Shown here piece by piece: positions 35,575-38,977 of a DNA stretch of 38,977 nt. The position numbers were made by a program, and so were the translations under genes. The notes under the pieces were generated by a model. The model did no database searches and was not told where the DNA came from. It was given only the letters and a program-made list of their open reading frames with translations. How positions within the stretch are numbered: position 1 is the first letter of the stretch; each line of letters begins with the position of its first letter. The stretch spans positions 1 to 38,977 of the IMG/VR virus record IMGVR_UViG_3300016474_000552; one strand, given 5' to 3'. The DNA is from a virus (lineage: Duplodnaviria > Caudoviricetes).

Positions 35575-36632
35575 AGATCGCGGGCCTCTTCGCCGGCATC
35601 GGCGGGCTTGACTCTGGCGTTGCTGAAGGACTCGAAGACCAAGGCTTCGACGTCGAACACGTCGCCCTCGTCGAGCGCGAGCCCTTCCCTCGGCGCGTCC
35701 TCGCGGCGCGCTTCCCCGGCGTGCCCGTCTTCGATGATGTTCGCGAGGTACACGGCGACGACCTCGACGACGTCGACGTCCTCGTCGGGGGTTTTCCTTG
35801 TCAGGACGTAAGCGGGGCCAAGAAGGACGCCGAGGGGCTCGCCGGCAAGCGCAGCGGCCTGTGGAGCGAGCAGATCCGCATCATCCGTGAAGCACGCCCC
35901 CTCTTCGCCGTCGTCGAGAACGTCGAGGCGCTCCTGCGTCGCGGCCTGTGGAAGGTGCTCGCCGACCTCTCCGAGGCTGGCTACGTCGCTCAGTACGACG
36001 TCCTCACCGCGCATGCCGTCGGAGCCCCGCACCAGCGCGAGCGTGTCTTCGTGCTCGCCCAGCGGCTCGACGTCTTCGCCTACCTCGGCGGGCGCCTGGC
36101 GCGCTTCCAGCCGCATGACACGGGCTCGTGGGCGTCGGCGTGGCCCTACCCGTGGGCCGACGCTCGTGCGCCCGTCGTGGCCCCGGTGAAGGCACTCGGC
36201 AACGCCGTCGTGCCAGCGATGGCGGCGGTCGTGGGTCGGGGCATCGGCGCCCTGCTCACGCAGGACGAGAGCGCGACGGTCGCCTGCCCACACGGCTCGG
36301 GGCGCCCGCTCGATCAGAACGCCCGCATGCCCAGGGCGGGGTGCGTGGGCGCCGACGGGTTGTTGCACGCTCTGCCGTCGGTGACGAAGCGTGCGACGGC
36401 GCGTGGAGGCTTCGACGAGCTCGAGCTGACCGGGACACGCGAGGACCGCACCCGCGAGCTGGCGGCGCGCATCGCGGCGCGGCGCCTGCCGACGCCGACG
36501 GCGACCGACTGGAAGGGCGGCGGGGTCGGGGGCGCGTGGCACCGCAACCTGAAGCAGGGCCTCGGCGGTATGCCCTCGCCGGCCTTCCTCGAGTGGGTGA
36601 TGGGCTTCCCTATCGGGTGGACGGACGTCTAG
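35565..36632 (+). CDS. dcm: DNA cytosine-C5 methyltransferase (permuted C-terminus)
   Basis: LFAGIGG, GFPCQD, ENV, PHQRERVF, ALGNAVVP, then LPTP.A.DWKG...WVMGFPIGWT. Confidence 0.9.
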   Translation: MDVKIAGLFAGIGGLDSGVAEGLEDQGFDVEHVALVEREPFPRRVLAARFPGVPVFDDVREVHGDDLDDVDVLVGGFPCQDVSGAKKDAEGLAGKRSGLWSEQIRIIREARPLFAVVENVEALLRRGLWKVLADLSEAGYVAQYDVLTAHAVGAPHQRERVFVLAQRLDVFAYLGGRLARFQPHDTGSWASAWPYPWADARAPVVAPVKALGNAVVPAMAAVVGRGIGALLTQDESATVACPHGSGRPLDQNARMPRAGCVGADGLLHALPSVTKRATARGGFDELELTGTREDRTRELAARIAARRLPTPTATDWKGGGVGGAWHRNLKQGLGGMPSPAFLEWVMGFPIGWTDV

Positions 36633-36721
36633 TCCTCGGGGTCCGAGAACGCGGCGGCGACGGCGCTCAGGATCAACACGCCAGCGAACACCAGACCGAT
36701 GACGATGCCGACGCCGGTCAT
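36629..36721 (-). CDS. Very small membrane protein
   Basis: MTGVGIVIGLVFAGVLILSAVAAAF; ATGA overlap with the upstream ORF. Confidence 0.5.
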   Translation of the reverse strand: MTGVGIVIGLVFAGVLILSAVAAAFSDPED

Positions 36722-36999
36722 CGGGCGCCCCCGTCCTCGTAGGACGTCACGTCCGCGCTTCCACGCGCCCCACCCTCCGCACGAGCACGGATGGGCGCGT
36801 GGAGGCGTAGGCGCCGCAGGACGCACTCTTCGCGCTCCTCGGGGCTCCGCATCGCGGCGTACTCGCGAGCCCAGCCCAGGCCGAGCTGGGCTTCGAGCAG
36901 GCGCGCCGTCGAGGGCGGGATCGTGCCTTCGGCGGCGTCGGTGACGAGCCGCTCAAGCAGGGCGAGCAGAAACTTCCGGTCGGGGGTGAGCCAGTTCAT
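36718..36999 (-). CDS. Hypothetical protein
   Basis: GGAG RBS; ATGA overlap with the methyltransferase stop. Confidence 0.6.
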   Translation of the reverse strand: MNWLTPDRKFLLALLERLVTDAAEGTIPPSTARLLEAQLGLGWAREYAAMRSPEEREECVLRRLRLHAPIRARAEGGARGSADVTSYEDGGAR

Positions 37000-38351
37000 G
37001 TGTTCTCCTGCGCCGCGACATACGCCGCGATGCGCCGTCCGATCCATCGCATGACGGGCACGGCCATGCTGTTGCCGAGAGCCTTGTACCGTGGGCCGTC
37101 GGGGCAGTCGACCGCCGGCTTGCCCTTCCACGGGATGAGCGTCCAGTCGTCGGGGAAGCCCTGCAGCCGCTCACATTCTCGCGGCGTCAGGCGACGCACG
37201 ACCATGCGTGGGTGTGCGCCCGCGAGTACGGCGGGCGAAGTGGCGAGCGGGGTTTCCGGTCCTTCGTCCCCCGGCGCGTAGCCGAGCTGGTCGGCGTCGG
37301 GGTAGCAGTAGGCGGGCGGGTCGTCGGCGGCGCCCTCTTTGACGACGTGCGGCACGACGTGCGGCACGCCGTGCGGCACGACGTTGCGCGTGCGGAAGTT
37401 GTGGCTCCCTTCCTGCGTGTACGTCTTCGCCTCGTTCGACGTGAGCGGGTCGGCGACCTCTTGCGGCCACGGGAAGCTGCCCTGCGCCGGCTCACGCGAC
37501 GGCGCGACGACGCCAAGCTGACCCCCGCCATTGTGGTTGAGCGTGCCGATGATCTCGTGCGTGATCTCAGGAACAACGCCGGCTCTCATTCCTCGCTCGG
37601 GTCGTCCTGCTCCTCGTCCTCGTCCGCGCCCACGTCCGTGTTCGCCACCACGCTCCTCAACGCCGACTCCAGAAGCGGCGGCAGGGTTTTGCCGCGCTTC
37701 GCGGCTCGGCGCAGAATCCCGGCGCACGCCTTCCCACTCAAGAAGTACCTGCGAGGGATCGAACCCGTCTCGAGCACTTGAGACAACGAACACACGCTGG
37801 CGTCGTTGGGCCAAGCCGTGGTATTGGGCGTCTTGGACCCGCCACGCGATTGCTCTTTGGGGTCCAAGCACAACACCAGCGTGCGTCCATTTTCCCCCTG
37901 GCGGTTCCAACGGCACATCTTCGCCGGAAAGACCTCCGATAAGATTTCCGAATGCGTTGGTTTTGTCGGAGAAGATTCCAAGCACGTTTTCGTATACGCA
38001 AATGACAGGGGGTTTTCCCGATCGAAGTCGTAGTCGGTCGGCATGGTCGATGATCCTTGCGTATGTGAGTGTCAGATTGCCACGCTCGTCGTCGAGGCCC
38101 TTGCGAAGCCCCGCGATAGAAAAACTCTGACAAGGAGGCCCGCCGACAATGATGTCGGCCTCCTCAAAAACTCTTTCCGGCCAGCGCAGGAACTCGCTGA
38201 TGTCCCCGTAGTTCGGAACTTGAGGGTGACGGTAGGCGAGAACTGCCGAAGGAAACGCCTCTATTTCAGCAACCCCGACGCACTCAAAACCAAGCGGGTG
38301 CCAAGCAGCAGACGCGGCTTCTATTCCGCTGCACAACGACAAGAACTTCAT
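36996..38351 (-). CDS. dcm: DNA cytosine-C5 methyltransferase (alpha-type polypeptide)
   Basis: LSLCSGIEA, GPPCQSFS, ENV, QRRQRVF, RRLTPRECERLQGFPD, YKALGNSMAVP. Confidence 0.92.
   Translation of the reverse strand: MKFLSLCSGIEAASAAWHPLGFECVGVAEIEAFPSAVLAYRHPQVPNYGDISEFLRWPERVFEEADIIVGGPPCQSFSIAGLRKGLDDERGNLTLTYARIIDHADRLRLRSGKPPVICVYENVLGIFSDKTNAFGNLIGGLSGEDVPLEPPGGKWTHAGVVLGPQRAIAWRVQDAQYHGLAQRRQRVFVVSSARDGFDPSQVLLEWEGVRRDSAPSREARQNPAAASGVGVEERGGEHGRGRGRGRGAGRPERGMRAGVVPEITHEIIGTLNHNGGGQLGVVAPSREPAQGSFPWPQEVADPLTSNEAKTYTQEGSHNFRTRNVVPHGVPHVVPHVVKEGAADDPPAYCYPDADQLGYAPGDEGPETPLATSPAVLAGAHPRMVVRRLTPRECERLQGFPDDWTLIPWKGKPAVDCPDGPRYKALGNSMAVPVMRWIGRRIAAYVAAQENT
37586..38044 (-). CDS. Nested alternative-frame ORF, M.EcoHK31I beta-polypeptide-like
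   Basis: SLSQVLE...RYFLSGKACAGILRRAAKRGKTLPPLLESAL in a second frame inside the methyltransferase gene; exact start uncertain. Confidence 0.75.
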   Translation of the reverse strand: MPTDYDFDRENPLSFAYTKTCLESSPTKPTHSEILSEVFPAKMCRWNRQGENGRTLVLCLDPKEQSRGGSKTPNTTAWPNDASVCSLSQVLETGSIPRRYFLSGKACAGILRRAAKRGKTLPPLLESALRSVVANTDVGADEDEEQDDPSEE

Positions 38352-38743
38352 CTGAACCCCATGTATTTCATGGCGGCATCGCGCCATTCAGGATCGTCCC
38401 ACCCGCCTAAACGAATGTTGCAGCGATGGCAGAGTAGTCCACGGACCTTGCCGGTTTCGTGAGAGTGATCGATGTGGAACTTGATCAGATTGACGGCGCA
38501 GATGGCGCAACAACCGTTTTGATCCGCCAGCATGCTCTGGACGATCGCCGGCGTGATGCCGTAACGAGTCTTCACCTGCCATTTGCGCTTCTGTTCAGGG
38601 CTGTAGTTACGAACCCGACTTTCTCGCTGCTTCTGATTCGCGCAGAGTTTGCAGTAAGAATGACGACCCAGCGGCCCGCTCGGCTGGCGGTGAAAATCAT
38701 CTAATGGTTTTGTTTTTCGACACACCGGGCAGGTTTTGCTCAC
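38348..38743 (-). CDS. Endonuclease VII-type (HNH) homing endonuclease
   Basis: GGAG RBS before GTG38743; CPVC..CKLC zinc finger, YGIT...Q.G.CAIC...IDHSHETGKVRGLLCHRCN. Confidence 0.9.
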   Translation of the reverse strand: MSKTCPVCRKTKPLDDFHRQPSGPLGRHSYCKLCANQKQRESRVRNYSPEQKRKWQVKTRYGITPAIVQSMLADQNGCCAICAVNLIKFHIDHSHETGKVRGLLCHRCNIRLGGWDDPEWRDAAMKYMGFR

Positions 38744-38877
38744 AGTCCGCTCCACACGAAGACGCACCGTAGGTGAAGAGCACAGGAGAGGAAATCGCAG
38801 CCGACGGCCTCCCAGCCGAGAGGCTCCCACGCGACCGACGCAGCCTCGATGCCTGAACAGACGGAGAGATACTTCAC
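38740..38877 (-). pseudogene. Stranded original 5' end of the C5 methyltransferase (45 codons)
   Basis: Translates MKYLSVCSGIEAASVAWEPLGWEAVG..., matching MKFLSLCSGIEAASAAWHPLGFECVG at 38351. Confidence 0.85.
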
Positions 38878-38975
38878 CGATACCTCGTGAGGCGCCCCTC
38901 GGCGTCCTCGGCGGCACGCAGCATGTCAGCGGCGTGGTGGAACAAAAGGGCGGCGCCGTGGGCGTCGTCGCACGT
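38874..38975 (-). CDS. 3' end of a hypothetical gene entering from the right edge (partial)
   Basis: Open frame TCDDAHGAALLFHHAADMLRAAEDAEGRLTRYR*, with stop overlapping GTG38877. Confidence 0.55.
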   Translation of the reverse strand, partial: TCDDAHGAALLFHHAADMLRAAEDAEGRLTRYR

Positions 38976-38977
38976 CT

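Larger units (their letters stand above)
1..38977. mobile_element. Phage/prophage genome segment (possibly temperate; possibly membrane-containing)
   Basis: Tightly packed, overlapping ORFs encoding PolA, SF2 helicase, Cas4-like nuclease, resolvase, tyrosine recombinase, S74-chaperone fibre, endolysins, ArdA, orphan methyltransferases and homing endonucleases; no housekeeping genes. Confidence 0.93.

Noticed and set aside
1-38977. tRNA, rRNA or riboswitch genes
   Set aside because: Intergenic spaces are very short and none showed a cloverleaf or known aptamer by eye; tRNAscan-SE/Infernal would be needed to exclude them

Overview
The whole window is GC-rich, gene-dense viral (phage or prophage) DNA; no host housekeeping genes, tRNAs, rRNAs or CRISPR arrays were recognised. 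1-8.5 kb is a replication/recombination block: Cas4-like PD-(D/E)xK nuclease, Dam-like m6A methyltransferase, SF2 helicase, SSB-like protein, family A DNA polymerase and RuvC-like resolvase. A captured MNT gene with a truncated HEPN partner and a tyrosine recombinase follow. 11.5-30.7 kb is a virion/entry/lysis block: many small membrane proteins, three tandem paralogues, fibre/spike proteins built from shared modules, three candidate cell-wall hydrolases, a patatin and a GIY-YIG endonuclease. 31-39 kb is an anti-restriction/DNA-modification block: ArdA, a DUF6884+TGT-fold protein, two C5 methyltransferases and an endonuclease VII. No capsid, portal, terminase or tape-measure gene was recognised. 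Most notable: (1) a 709-aa modular protein and two other proteins punctuated by a basic-Asn-Pro ('RRNP/RKNP/KKNP') motif at domain boundaries, with a 19-bp exact DNA repeat at two junctions, suggesting an undescribed polyprotein processing/packaging and module-shuffling system; (2) an endonuclease VII cassette that split a C5 methyltransferase and supplied a replacement 5' end; (3) a set of leaderless TAnnnT promoters, including two divergent pairs; (4) gene content suggesting a membrane-containing, possibly tailless virus. Family assignments come from motif recognition by eye, not from database searches.
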